NCBI GenBank assembly: GCA_013288885.1 | Contig: JABDBA010000001.1 | Location: forward strand, 147,840 to 211,839 | Length of the DNA stretch: 64,000 nt | Source: Gammaproteobacteria bacterium | Lineage (GTDB): Bacteria; Pseudomonadota; Gammaproteobacteria; JABDBA01 | Direction of reading: 5' to 3' | Part shown: piece by piece, positions 48,876 through 60,152 of the stretch | Numbering within the stretch: the first letter of the stretch is position 1 | How the letters are laid out: every line of letters starts with the position of its first letter | Notes under the pieces: model-generated | The model's database searches: none | What the model saw: the letters and a program-made list of their open reading frames with translations, nothing else | Told to the model about the DNA's origin: nothing | Translations under genes and position numbers: made by a program

Positions 48876-50444
48876 TCAAGTCTCAGCCTTAGTCGCGCCT
48901 AAATTCACCGGCGTGTAGTTAAGATCATATGATTTTTGATCTAAACAACGTTGTGAAAGATGCAACATCAATATGCTGAAGGGTAACATCACTACAACGT
49001 CTTGTGGGAATTGTAATACGCCAATTCCGCCAAAGGTGCCTAAATAAGAAAGCACTAACATCGAAGCCATGTAGAAGACAAACCAATATAAACTGCTACC
49101 GCTGGCAAAAATACTTTTCCGTTGATACAGCAAGCTGATCACTAAGCCAACTAATAGCGCGATGCACAGTTTCCACAGCGTAGAAAATCCGCACCAATAC
49201 AACATCAAGTTACACACGAAAAATGCAATATGTGAAATCACCAACGCGCCAGAAAGTTTAAATGGTCGTTGGCGGTTGGGTTGCAATTTACGTAATGCTA
49301 ACAAACACATCGGGCCTGCCCCGTAAGAAAGAATGCTCGCAGAAGACAAAAACGCTACCATCTTCTGCCAACCGGGGAAAGGCAAGAACGATAAAATACC
49401 CACTAAAAAATTCGCATACAAAGTAATGTGCGGAATTTTATATTTATTTTCGCGCAAGAAAATCGGTGGTAAATGTTTGTTTTCAGCCATACCGTAAAGA
49501 ATGCGCGAAGTCGCTGCGGTATAAACTAAGGTTGTGCCAAACGGTGAAAATGCAGCGTCGAACATTAACAACGCAGCAACGATTCCCAAACCGACTAATA
49601 ATGTTAAACCGACCAACGGGCCACTATCCCCGGGGAAGGTCAACGCCTGCCAACCGTGCGCCAAATATTTTGCGGGCATAGCGACAATAAAACTTAATTG
49701 CAACATAAAATATAAAACGAAGCCCACCAATACTGCCCCTAAAATTGCGATAGGAATATTACGTTGCGGGTTTTTCACTTCACCCGCTAAAATCAAACCA
49801 TTTTGAAAACCAGTAAAAGCAAACGCGACACCGCCTAACGATAAAGCAGAAAAAATTTGTTGCCAACTTTGTTTATCAGATAAATGGATGTGCACATTAG
49901 TAAACGAAGGCGCGGTATAAATTAAACCGACGATAGCGCAACTAGGAAGAATAAATTTAATTAAGCTGGTGTACTTATTACATTCGGCTAAAAATTTAAT
50001 GCCAAAAGTATTAATCACCACTACAAAAAACATGATACCGACGGCGGCTATATAGCCAACCCCCGAAAGTTTGAAAGTGGTAGAGTCATGTACAATCAGT
50101 GCCGGAACAAAATGACTGCCGTATTGTAAAATCGCTTGAATTTCGATTGGCGTCATCACGAGATACGATAACCAGGTAGTCCAACCAAATAAAAATCCCA
50201 CTTCTTTGCCGTGCGTATAAGTGGGGTAATTCGCTAGACCACCTGAAACCGGAAACATCGTGCCTAATTCACACAAAGGCAACGCGATAAATAACATGAA
50301 AAATGCCGCAATCACCCAGCTGATTAAAGCATTACTTCCCGCTATTTGCGCACTGATGAAAGGGCTGAATAACCAACCGGAACCAATCATTCCCCCGGCT
50401 GCTGCGATAAGAACATTAACAGTAGAAATATCACGTTTGAGCAT
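48876..50444 (-). CDS. APC-superfamily amino-acid permease
   Basis: 522 aa and polytopic. The N-terminus is VNVLIAAAGGMIGSGWLFSP. Confidence 0.85.
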   Translation of the reverse strand: MLKRDISTVNVLIAAAGGMIGSGWLFSPFISAQIAGSNALISWVIAAFFMLFIALPLCELGTMFPVSGGLANYPTYTHGKEVGFLFGWTTWLSYLVMTPIEIQAILQYGSHFVPALIVHDSTTFKLSGVGYIAAVGIMFFVVVINTFGIKFLAECNKYTSLIKFILPSCAIVGLIYTAPSFTNVHIHLSDKQSWQQIFSALSLGGVAFAFTGFQNGLILAGEVKNPQRNIPIAILGAVLVGFVLYFMLQLSFIVAMPAKYLAHGWQALTFPGDSGPLVGLTLLVGLGIVAALLMFDAAFSPFGTTLVYTAATSRILYGMAENKHLPPIFLRENKYKIPHITLYANFLVGILSFLPFPGWQKMVAFLSSASILSYGAGPMCLLALRKLQPNRQRPFKLSGALVISHIAFFVCNLMLYWCGFSTLWKLCIALLVGLVISLLYQRKSIFASGSSLYWFVFYMASMLVLSYLGTFGGIGVLQFPQDVVVMLPFSILMLHLSQRCLDQKSYDLNYTPVNLGATKAET

Positions 50445-50485
50445 ACTGGATCTCCTTTATAATTAAAGCATTTGTAGGTCGATAC

Positions 50486-51142
50486 TCATTGGGTATAAAT
50501 ATGTTTTAGCCAAGCGATTAATTGTTTGGCTGATTTGTTTTCTTTGTCAATAAGGTCATTTTGTATTGCATAATATAAACCTTCCCCTGGTAACTTTTGC
50601 CAGGCCATCCAGGTTGCAATTTTTGCTTTGCTGGTATGAATTGATTTAAACTTTTGTGGTTTAGGGAGGTTTTTCACTACCTCAGTAGCATGTTGTAGAA
50701 GGGGAGATTCTGAACTTTTTACAGCAGTTGCGATCCAATCTTCAAGCATCCCTTCTGAGGCGTTATCAGGCATGATCCATAAACCAAAGTCGTTGAGTCC
50801 ATCTGAATGAGGAAAAGAGAGTCCCGAATGTAAGATAATTGGGTCATTATAATTACTATGGGCCATTCTTTTTTTAATGTGTTTTAGGGTATTTGAGTAT
50901 CCCCAACTATCAGCAGAATAATCTGCATCTATCACCATTGCTAAATGAGTAACGCTCCCATCGAATAGCTGTTTTATCAGTTCTTCAAGGAGAGCAAAGG
51001 CAGCCATTTTTCCATTTCTTTCAGCGCCGTGATCTTTTGGTGTATTCACCTTAACATCGACATCTAAACCAAGTACTTTGAATAATGCCCGAAAAAATTT
51101 TTGGTCATTTTCACCTTCAACCAATAAAATTTTATGGCTCAT
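50486..51142 (-). CDS. TOPRIM-like small protein (DUF4435/DUF3226/RloB-type partner of the ATPase)
   Basis: 218 aa. KILLVEGENDQKFF (Toprim Glu) and LAMVIDADY (DxD). Lies 3 nt downstream of the ATPase gene. Confidence 0.6.
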   Translation of the reverse strand: MSHKILLVEGENDQKFFRALFKVLGLDVDVKVNTPKDHGAERNGKMAAFALLEELIKQLFDGSVTHLAMVIDADYSADSWGYSNTLKHIKKRMAHSNYNDPIILHSGLSFPHSDGLNDFGLWIMPDNASEGMLEDWIATAVKSSESPLLQHATEVVKNLPKPQKFKSIHTSKAKIATWMAWQKLPGEGLYYAIQNDLIDKENKSAKQLIAWLKHIYTQ

Positions 51143-51145
51143 TGT

Positions 51146-52357
51146 TTACCTCACTTCAACATCGGCCTGGCTGATGGTTGCTAGTTTTTCCTCGCTAAAT
51201 TCCGTTGCAATTATTTTTCCTTTGTTGCTTTTTGTAGCACTGCGGCCAACGCGAAACAAAACGCCTTCACCCGCTTTTTTTCCGAGCGCTACTTTAACAA
51301 AGCTGTCCACACAGTCACCGCCATGGGTAGTAGCAAAAACTTGGATATTGAATTCTTTTGCAAGATCAAACAACCAATCCCAAATTTTTTCTTGTACGCT
51401 AAAATGTAAACCATTATCGAATTCGTCAATGAGAAAAATTCCCCCTGCTGCTGATGAGGCTTTTAAGGCTAATTGAACTACCCTTAACATACCATCGCCC
51501 ATACTGTTCAAGGGAATTGGTTGCTTTATATTATTCAATTTTACTTTAGCAAAGCGTTTGGGGGATCGTGAATAAAATGATCTCGCAAAAGAAAGATCGG
51601 CGTCTCTATCCTCATTTTTTATAAAGGCAATATTTTCAAAATCATCATCAATAAATTTTAAAACAGTTTTTAGATGAGTTTCATAACCGGTAAGAGCAAT
51701 TTTATCCCATGCATCGGCCAATTCATCTTGTGAGATAAATCGTGTAGAAATATAGCTGCAAGGTAAATTTATTTGGTTTTCAAAAGGTGAATTAAATCTT
51801 CTAGGGCGAAAAGGTTCGTCCAAAGGAATAAATCCTATAATATCACCCTTCGATACGCTGATGGCGTGAAAAGCGTCTATGTTTTCACTTAATTCTGATT
51901 TTTTAATAGGGCGTGTAATACTCCGCATACTTCTACCGTCTTCAAGAGGTTCTTCTCTTTTTATTAGGTAAGTATGCCGCAATTGCAGAGCATCAGAAGC
52001 ATTTTCATTTTCACCGATTAGAATGGTTTTTTCTTCATCACTTGGAAAACATCGCCCAGTAAAAAAAGATTCAAATGGAAATGCTCTATCGTTATCCATT
52101 ATATCTTTGTCATTCGAGGCGGGTATTTCATCATGCTCATCGGCAATTCTAGATAAGAGAACAGGGTTAGCATTTCCTGAATAAATCCTAAGTGCTTCTA
52201 GTACGGTACTTTTACCGGAATTATTTTTTCCCACAATGAGATTTAAACGCCCAAGTTTTTTAACTTGGAAGTCTTCAAGTATTCTGAAATTTTTTATATA
52301 TAATGATTTAAATTTCATAGGTAGGGGTTCCTTAGTATATTTATTTGGAACAGACAA
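51146..52357 (-). CDS. ABC/SMC-like AAA_15/AAA_21-type ATPase
   Basis: MKFKSLYIKNFRILEDF...LIVGKNNSGKSTVLEAL, Walker B FLIDEFDNGLH, and ATTHGGD. The likely true start is Met14 at 52318. Confidence 0.8.
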   Translation of the reverse strand: MSVPNKYTKEPLPMKFKSLYIKNFRILEDFQVKKLGRLNLIVGKNNSGKSTVLEALRIYSGNANPVLLSRIADEHDEIPASNDKDIMDNDRAFPFESFFTGRCFPSDEEKTILIGENENASDALQLRHTYLIKREEPLEDGRSMRSITRPIKKSELSENIDAFHAISVSKGDIIGFIPLDEPFRPRRFNSPFENQINLPCSYISTRFISQDELADAWDKIALTGYETHLKTVLKFIDDDFENIAFIKNEDRDADLSFARSFYSRSPKRFAKVKLNNIKQPIPLNSMGDGMLRVVQLALKASSAAGGIFLIDEFDNGLHFSVQEKIWDWLFDLAKEFNIQVFATTHGGDCVDSFVKVALGKKAGEGVLFRVGRSATKSNKGKIIATEFSEEKLATISQADVEVR

Positions 52358-52395
52358 CTATTATACACAGGTAGGAGTTGGATTCCATCTTTCTC

Positions 52396-52875
52396 TTACC
52401 TTATCTGCCCCCCAGCAATGGAGGAGGCAGTGGTGGGTGTCGGCTTCGACAAATAATCCGATAACAAATGATAAATGCCGCGCACTTTATATTGATATTG
52501 CTCATTGAGAGGGATGGTATAAGAATGATAGCCCGCTACGCCGCGCCAAAAGTCGGGGGTGGAGGCAATATTAGTGCCTAAAATCCAAGTGCCGACCATC
52601 ACGTTGGCACAGGGGTCATATTGGATTTGCTCGCGGGTATAGCCATAGGGCTTTATTTTTTCCAGCCAGATGGTATTGATCTGCATGGGGCCATAATCGA
52701 AAGTGCCGTTTTTATTGGGCGAAGCCATGCCCACCGAGCCGCCTTCGACGCCAAGCACCGAAATAATGAGGGTGGCGGGCACATGATAGGTAATGGCCGC
52801 TTGATTGATGCATTCAATAGGCACATCATGGACAAGTAACGCACTAATCATATGTATCCTATCCCCTTCTGGCAT
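52396..52875 (-). CDS. Lytic transglycosylase (SLT-domain) protein
   Basis: GVEGGSVG...GTFDYGPMQIN...W.. The catalytic Glu context is present. Confidence 0.75.
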   Translation of the reverse strand: MPEGDRIHMISALLVHDVPIECINQAAITYHVPATLIISVLGVEGGSVGMASPNKNGTFDYGPMQINTIWLEKIKPYGYTREQIQYDPCANVMVGTWILGTNIASTPDFWRGVAGYHSYTIPLNEQYQYKVRGIYHLLSDYLSKPTPTTASSIAGGQIR

Positions 52876-52931
52876 TGTAATTCAATGAGTATATATTATA
52901 CTAAAATCAACTGACGATTGAGGAATATTTT

Positions 52932-53108
52932 ATGAGAATCCAGAATAACTACTCTTATTATGGCTACGGCGGCATCGGCATCGGTTTGGGGAACATCCTA
53001 GCGGTGGTTATTTCCTGGAGCGTGAACCATTCGGTATTATGGGCTATCATCCAGGGGTTCTTTGGCTGGTTGTATGTGCTTTATTACCTCATTACCCGTG
53101 CTTTTTAG
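52932..53108 (+). CDS. Small hydrophobic protein (58 aa), not in the ORF track
   Basis: GAGGAA lies 8 nt before the ATG. The product is MRIQNNYSYYGYGGIGIGLGNILAVVISWSVNHSVLWAIIQGFFGWLYVLYYLITRAF*. Confidence 0.45.
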   Translation: MRIQNNYSYYGYGGIGIGLGNILAVVISWSVNHSVLWAIIQGFFGWLYVLYYLITRAF

Positions 53109-54485
<1,377 letters not shown>

Positions 54486-54493
54486 TTGATGTC

Positions 54494-54513
54494 ATTCCCG
54501 CGTAGGCGGGAAT
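54494..54513 (+). terminator. attcccgc-gtag-gcgggaat hairpin after purB
   Basis: 8-bp GC-rich stem 9 nt after the stop. No T-tract, so it may be a REP-type element. Confidence 0.45.
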
Positions 54514-54532
54514 CCAAAGGATAATAAAGCAA

Positions 54533-55477
54533 ATGACTGTCATCGAAAATCTACGCGAAGCAATGACCCGTTGGTTAACTGACGAAATTGAAGACCCACG
54601 TGCTTTTCCGCTCAGCGATTTTGAGCGTATTCTCTATGAATTAAGACCATGTGATGTTTTGTTGATCGAAGGCCGTAGTCGCGTCAGCAGCGTAATAAAA
54701 ATAATTACCCAAAGTTCTTGGTCGCATTCCGCGCTTTATATCGGTCGTGTGCATGATATCGAAAACAAAGAATTACGCGAGCGTGTGCGAAAATTTTATC
54801 ACGGCGAAGCCGACGTGCAATTAATCATTGAAAGTATCTTAGGCCAAGGAATTATTGTTTCACCGTTGTCTAAATATAAAGATGATCACATTCGTATTTG
54901 TAGGCCCACCGGCATCACGCGCCAAGATGCGCAACAAGTGATCGGTTATGCTATTGGCCGTTTGGGCATGAAGTATGATGTACGACAAATTTTAGACCTC
55001 GCGCGCTTTTTATTTCCGTGGTCTATTATGCCGCGCCGCTGGCGTTCCAGTTTGTTTACTACCAATGTGGGCGGATCAACCAAAGAAAGTTGTTCGTCTT
55101 TATTAGCAGAAGCATTCCAAACGGTTGGTTTTCCGATTTTACCGGTGTTAAAACGTTCGGGTGATGCAGAGGACGTTGAATTATTTCTACGCAGCCCTAA
55201 ATTATATACCCCCAGCGATTTTGATTACTCGCCGTTTTTTGAAATTATCAAATATCCTATTTTAGAAATGGGTGACACAGCTCCTTATCGAAAATTACAT
55301 TGGAAAACAGGCGTAGTAACAGATGATGATGGTAGACAATATCAAGCTAGAGTGAGTGAAACACCAGCGGCTGCAACCACTAAATTAAAAACCGCCGCCA
55401 CATTTAAAGAACCTAGCGCAGAAAAAACCGAAGAAAAAGGCAAAAAACCTAATGAGATTTCAGAGTTTTTTGATTAG
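54533..55477 (+). CDS. YiiX/YaeF-like permuted papain-fold (DUF830) protein
   Basis: 314 aa. DVLLIEG..SSVIKIITQSSWSHSALYIG and KESCSSLLAEAF (His ... Cys order). Confidence 0.6.
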   Translation: MTVIENLREAMTRWLTDEIEDPRAFPLSDFERILYELRPCDVLLIEGRSRVSSVIKIITQSSWSHSALYIGRVHDIENKELRERVRKFYHGEADVQLIIESILGQGIIVSPLSKYKDDHIRICRPTGITRQDAQQVIGYAIGRLGMKYDVRQILDLARFLFPWSIMPRRWRSSLFTTNVGGSTKESCSSLLAEAFQTVGFPILPVLKRSGDAEDVELFLRSPKLYTPSDFDYSPFFEIIKYPILEMGDTAPYRKLHWKTGVVTDDDGRQYQARVSETPAAATTKLKTAATFKEPSAEKTEEKGKKPNEISEFFD

Positions 55478-55522
55478 GGGTATGATAACTTAAGTTAGCG
55501 CCATTCGGTCGGTTCTTTTACC

Positions 55523-56722
55523 CTATAACAATAATTTAATGAGTGAGCCAACTATTTCTTCGAGCGGAATCATAGTCAGCAATAGGGGCGAGAATGGGAT
55601 GAGTATCAAAATCATAAGTCGCAACAAGGCTCCGCGGCTAAACGGCACTACGCCCATCGCACGTACTACGTTAAAACTATTAGACAAATCAGACAATGAT
55701 TGGATATCTGGAGTGCCAAGTAGCATTTGACTCTCTTCTGGGTTAGCTGAATAAGTGCCTATCCATTTTCCACGAAAGTCATTCACATATTGGCTGGCTA
55801 CTATTGTATACTCGCGCAGGCCAGCTATTTTTGCTTGAACAAGTGCAGCAATGAAAAAAGTCAACGGTAATAAAACCACGATCATCAAGAATACTACTAA
55901 GCCGGCGATTTCCAGCTTAAATTCAAGCAGTGTCGCGCCAGCGTACCAGATACGGTTAGCGATGAAACCCGCCAGCAATAATGCATATGCAATGAGCACC
56001 GGTGCGAATGCAAATACACTCTGCGCTAAAAAACCAAGTCCGCCTGCTTGATCAGGATGCAGCGCGTTCAAGTGCAATGGGAGTTTTGAAATCTGCCAGA
56101 GAAATCGATACCAAACAAATAGGCGAAAGTACCAGCGTAGCAAGATTAATTGAAAGATGGGGAGGCTGACAAAAGCATACCAATATCCTGCTAGCGTGAG
56201 CTGCATTTTATTACCGTTGATAGGTATCGCGTACCAAGTTGCTACGTGCAGAGATGTATATTGTGTCCAAATCCAATGCCCTACTGTAAAGACAAAAACA
56301 ATGAGCAATAATTCCACGGTGATGGAATTTCGTAGTCGTATGGTGGAGGCTACAATACTGTCGAATCGCGATCTATCTTTCGATGAAATGATATTACACT
56401 TGAGAAATTGTGACACGATGATTTTAATGCGCTGATGTACGATAACTTCCGCCGCAACAAGTAATGCAAGTGATCCGAGAAATTTTACATGTGTCTCGAT
56501 GTCGAAAAAAAATGGAACACTAACACCCTTGAAGGCTACGCCGCCGATGAGTGTTAGTATGAGTAACGGTAACCAAGCAAATAAGGAAATAGCTACGATG
56601 CGTCGTTTTACCAGATTGAGTGGCGGCTTCAATAAACGAGTGCGTAGGTAGAACTGATAAAGTGGGCCGCCCAATACGAGTGAGAAATCCGTCTCATCTA
56701 AATTAACATCCTTGTTATTCAT
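55523..56722 (-). CDS. Polytopic membrane protein, unknown function
   Basis: 399 aa with multiple hydrophobic helices. Confidence 0.7.
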   Translation of the reverse strand: MNNKDVNLDETDFSLVLGGPLYQFYLRTRLLKPPLNLVKRRIVAISLFAWLPLLILTLIGGVAFKGVSVPFFFDIETHVKFLGSLALLVAAEVIVHQRIKIIVSQFLKCNIISSKDRSRFDSIVASTIRLRNSITVELLLIVFVFTVGHWIWTQYTSLHVATWYAIPINGNKMQLTLAGYWYAFVSLPIFQLILLRWYFRLFVWYRFLWQISKLPLHLNALHPDQAGGLGFLAQSVFAFAPVLIAYALLLAGFIANRIWYAGATLLEFKLEIAGLVVFLMIVVLLPLTFFIAALVQAKIAGLREYTIVASQYVNDFRGKWIGTYSANPEESQMLLGTPDIQSLSDLSNSFNVVRAMGVVPFSRGALLRLMILILIPFSPLLLTMIPLEEIVGSLIKLLL

Positions 56723-56827
56723 AGGGTCGCTCTTGCAATTTATGAGTTTATAAACTAGTGTAAAAAGATACTCTGAAGTTGGATATTAACAAATTCGGGT
56801 AGAGATTAACAATGGATTGAAAAACTC

Positions 56828-58225
56828 ATGACGGACAGTGACCATTACGATTTTGTAGTGATTGGTGGCGGCCCTGCAGGGCAAAGCGCAGCTGAGGTGG
56901 CAGCCTTCTATGGGCATCGAACGCTGGTGGTAGAGCGCAATGTGCTGGGTGGCGTAGTTGTCACGACCGGCGGGGCGCCGACCAAGACACTGCGTGATGC
57001 AGCTCTGTACCTCACTGGATTTCGTGATCGTGCTGTATATGGGCTTACAGGCCATGTGGATCCGACCCTAGTCGGTAAACAACTTCGCTCTCGAACGTCT
57101 GAAGTATGCTTGGCAATGCAGGAAGGTGCTCGATCGGCCTTCGTTAACCAAGGGATTGACGTCATCTATGGTGCAGCGCGTTTAGGTCCAGGCCGTACAG
57201 TATTTGTGAAGGATCGTAAGCTCACCGCCAAACGTATTCTCATTGCTACCGGTTCGCGTCCATTTCATCCTCCGCATATCTACCTCAACGACCCGAACGT
57301 TTACGATTCTGATAATCTTTTTACTATTCCATCTCTCCCGCAGAGTGTAGTGGTGGTTGGGGGAGGTGCCATCGGTTGTGAATATGCTTCGATTTTTACT
57401 GCACTTGGTTCATCGGTGACATTAATCCATTCTGGAAATCGCTTAATGCCAACCATGGATGGTGAGATGTCTCAACTTGCCGCTACGATATTCAAGAACA
57501 TGAAGATGAGCTTAATGTTGGAGAGTTGTGTTAAGTCCATCCAGCGATCCAAAAATATTCTCGAAGTGACATTGGAAAACGGCGAAATCTTGCGGCCTGA
57601 AGTGGTCCTTCTTGCGTTAGGTCGTTTAGTAAATACCGAGGGACTTGGTCTGCAGGAAATTAGCATGGCGGTAAATGAACGCGGCGAGATTGTAGTGGAT
57701 CAACATTTCCAGACCAATGTCGAAGGAATTTACGCGGCGGGTGATGTGATCAGTCCTTCACTTTCTTCTGTGTCCATGGAACAAGGGCGAGTTGCTGCCT
57801 GCAATGCTTTTGATATTGCATTCAAAAAAGCAATCGATCCGTTACCGGTTTGGGCGGTATATTCTGTGCCGGAAGTGGCTCGCGTCGGCCTCACAGAGGA
57901 GGATGCAACAGCACAAGGCATTGACTATGCAGTTGGCTGTTCTAGCTTCGCGGCACTACCGCGCGGCATTATTTCTGGTCATCCTGAAGGCATGCTAAAA
58001 CTGGTATTTCAGCGCGACAATCATCGTCTGCTTGGCGTTCATATTCTAGGTGATATTGCTTCAGAACTCATCGGGCTGGGGCAGGCTATAATTCATGAAG
58101 GCGGAGCAATTGATCTTTTCAACCGACTTACGTTTGCAACGCCCACCTATACGATGGCCTATAAAATGGCTGCGTTTGATGGCTGCAAACGACTCAATAC
58201 AATCACTACTCAGATAAGGAGATAA
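56828..58225 (+). CDS. FAD/NAD(P) oxidoreductase, SthA/Lpd-like, lacking the redox-active Cys pair
   Basis: 465 aa. DFVVIGGGPAGQSAA, and GGVVVTTGGAPTKTLRDAALYLTG where SthA/Lpd proteins have CxxxxC. Confidence 0.8.
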   Translation: MTDSDHYDFVVIGGGPAGQSAAEVAAFYGHRTLVVERNVLGGVVVTTGGAPTKTLRDAALYLTGFRDRAVYGLTGHVDPTLVGKQLRSRTSEVCLAMQEGARSAFVNQGIDVIYGAARLGPGRTVFVKDRKLTAKRILIATGSRPFHPPHIYLNDPNVYDSDNLFTIPSLPQSVVVVGGGAIGCEYASIFTALGSSVTLIHSGNRLMPTMDGEMSQLAATIFKNMKMSLMLESCVKSIQRSKNILEVTLENGEILRPEVVLLALGRLVNTEGLGLQEISMAVNERGEIVVDQHFQTNVEGIYAAGDVISPSLSSVSMEQGRVAACNAFDIAFKKAIDPLPVWAVYSVPEVARVGLTEEDATAQGIDYAVGCSSFAALPRGIISGHPEGMLKLVFQRDNHRLLGVHILGDIASELIGLGQAIIHEGGAIDLFNRLTFATPTYTMAYKMAAFDGCKRLNTITTQIRR

Positions 58226-58227
58226 CA

Positions 58228-58794
58228 ATGCCAAAGAAAATTAAACAAAACGACTGGACGAAACCTGCCGCTATGGCAATCCCGAAAGAGGGATATTTCG
58301 AACTTGAACAAGGCAGATATGGGCCAGTCTTTCCTAAAACACCGGCCTGTTATGGTTTCACAATCATTGCGAAGGTCAAACCAGGAAAAGTGGATACCGT
58401 GCGCGCATATAGTAAAACTATCGAGGATGCCGTAGCAGGTGATCCACACTGCCTCGCCGTACTCAAGCTGCATTATTTGCGTTGGGTGCTTTTTGATATC
58501 GGCAAAGAAACTTATTTCATGTATCAAGGTATCTTCGATACTGATTTTGATAAATACACTGAGGATGCGGTGGAGCTTTTTTCAATAACAGGTATTACAA
58601 CGGTATTTGTAAACCTCGAAGGTTTTCCCGAGGATTGGAAAACCAATACGCCAGCGTTTGTTAAATTTGTGCGTGAACATCAGCGCCCCAGTTTTCTTGA
58701 GTATGGCGAATATCCTTTCGTGAGTGCAGATGAAATAAAAAAAGCGCTCAAACTGAAGGCGGCGTTTTCCGCTATGCTCGATCAAATGCAATGA
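58228..58794 (+). CDS. Hypothetical 188-aa protein, tightly coupled between the oxidoreductase and DyP genes
   Basis: Starts 2 nt after the upstream stop. No motif recognised. Confidence 0.7.
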   Translation: MPKKIKQNDWTKPAAMAIPKEGYFELEQGRYGPVFPKTPACYGFTIIAKVKPGKVDTVRAYSKTIEDAVAGDPHCLAVLKLHYLRWVLFDIGKETYFMYQGIFDTDFDKYTEDAVELFSITGITTVFVNLEGFPEDWKTNTPAFVKFVREHQRPSFLEYGEYPFVSADEIKKALKLKAAFSAMLDQMQ

Positions 58795-58807
58795 TGGGAG
58801 AGTCGAT

Positions 58808-60139
58808 ATGCTTGAGTTAGATGATATTCAATATATTCTCTTGACCCGTGCACCGGCGCTCACAGGTCGCTACGTGTTCTTGTCGTTTCAAAATCCTGAA
58901 GGTGGGCGCGCTTGGCTCGCCGGTATCCACGAAAAAGTGCATTCGGTACAAGCAGCGCGCGCGTCGATTGAAAAAGATAATCGTTGGGTGAGTGTTGCCT
59001 TCACTTGGAATGGTCTGCAGGCGCTGGGGTTAGATGAAGCCTCGCTGGCTACATTTCCCGAGGAATTCAAGCAAGGTATGGTGGCACGTGCACAAATGCT
59101 CGGCGATACCGGTGACAATCATCCGGATAACTGGATAGGAGATTTAGCCAGCCCTGATCTGCACGCCATTGTTATTCTCTTTGCGCGCAATACCGCTGAG
59201 CGTGAGCGCTGCCAAGCGGAGCATCAAAAACTGATTGACCAGTGCGAAGGCGTAAAAGTGCTATCGTCATTGGATCTCGACGCCATACCACCGTTAGAAT
59301 ATTCGCATGATCATTTTGGCTACCGCGATCGCCTTTCGCAACCGGTCATTGAAGGATCGGGTGAAGAGCCAACTCCCGGTTCCGGCGCGCCCTTAAAAGC
59401 CGGTGAATTTATTTTGGGTTACCCAGACGAAAAAGACCAATCGGCCAATTTGCCGCAACCAGAAATTCTCTCACGCAATGGCAGTTTCATGGCTTATCGC
59501 CGTCTCCAAGAACATGTGGGAAAATTTCGTGATTTTCTGCGTGAAAATGGCCAAACACTCGAAGAGCAAGAACTTATTGCTGCCAAACTCATGGGTCGCT
59601 GGCGCAGCGGTGCGCCGCTGGTGTTAGCACCAGAAAAAGATGATCTCACGCTAGGCGCCGATCCGCAGCGCAACAATGATTTCACTTATAAAAAAATGGA
59701 TCCACATGGCTATGCAGTACCGTTAGGTTCACACATTCGTCGCATGAATCCGCGTGATACAGGCGAAAATATGAATCGTCGCCGGATGATCCGCCGTGGT
59801 GCCACTTATGGCGCGCCTTTGCCAACAGATGCTCCTGAAGATGGTGTGGATCGCGGCATCGCTGCTTTCATAATTTGTGCAAGCCTTATTCGCCAGTTTG
59901 AGTTCGCACAGAATGTATGGGCGAATGATCGGAATTTTCACGAACTCGATAATGAGCGCGATCCCATTATTGGTAATCAAGATGGCACTTTGGAATTCAC
60001 CATTCCGAAACGTCCCATCCGAAAAAAAATCACTGGCCTGCCAGCATTTACTTCGGTACGTGGCGGCGCTTATTTTTTTATTCCCGGACTTAAAGCGCTG
60101 CGCTATCTCGCATCGTTAGGAAGTAAAAATATTCTATAA
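58808..60139 (+). CDS. DyP-type peroxidase
   Basis: 443 aa. HFGYRDRLSQP (GxxDG-region variant), and the proximal-His context GSHIRRMNPRD. Confidence 0.85.
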   Translation: MLELDDIQYILLTRAPALTGRYVFLSFQNPEGGRAWLAGIHEKVHSVQAARASIEKDNRWVSVAFTWNGLQALGLDEASLATFPEEFKQGMVARAQMLGDTGDNHPDNWIGDLASPDLHAIVILFARNTAERERCQAEHQKLIDQCEGVKVLSSLDLDAIPPLEYSHDHFGYRDRLSQPVIEGSGEEPTPGSGAPLKAGEFILGYPDEKDQSANLPQPEILSRNGSFMAYRRLQEHVGKFRDFLRENGQTLEEQELIAAKLMGRWRSGAPLVLAPEKDDLTLGADPQRNNDFTYKKMDPHGYAVPLGSHIRRMNPRDTGENMNRRRMIRRGATYGAPLPTDAPEDGVDRGIAAFIICASLIRQFEFAQNVWANDRNFHELDNERDPIIGNQDGTLEFTIPKRPIRKKITGLPAFTSVRGGAYFFIPGLKALRYLASLGSKNIL

Positions 60140-60152
60140 AGGAGATTCATCG

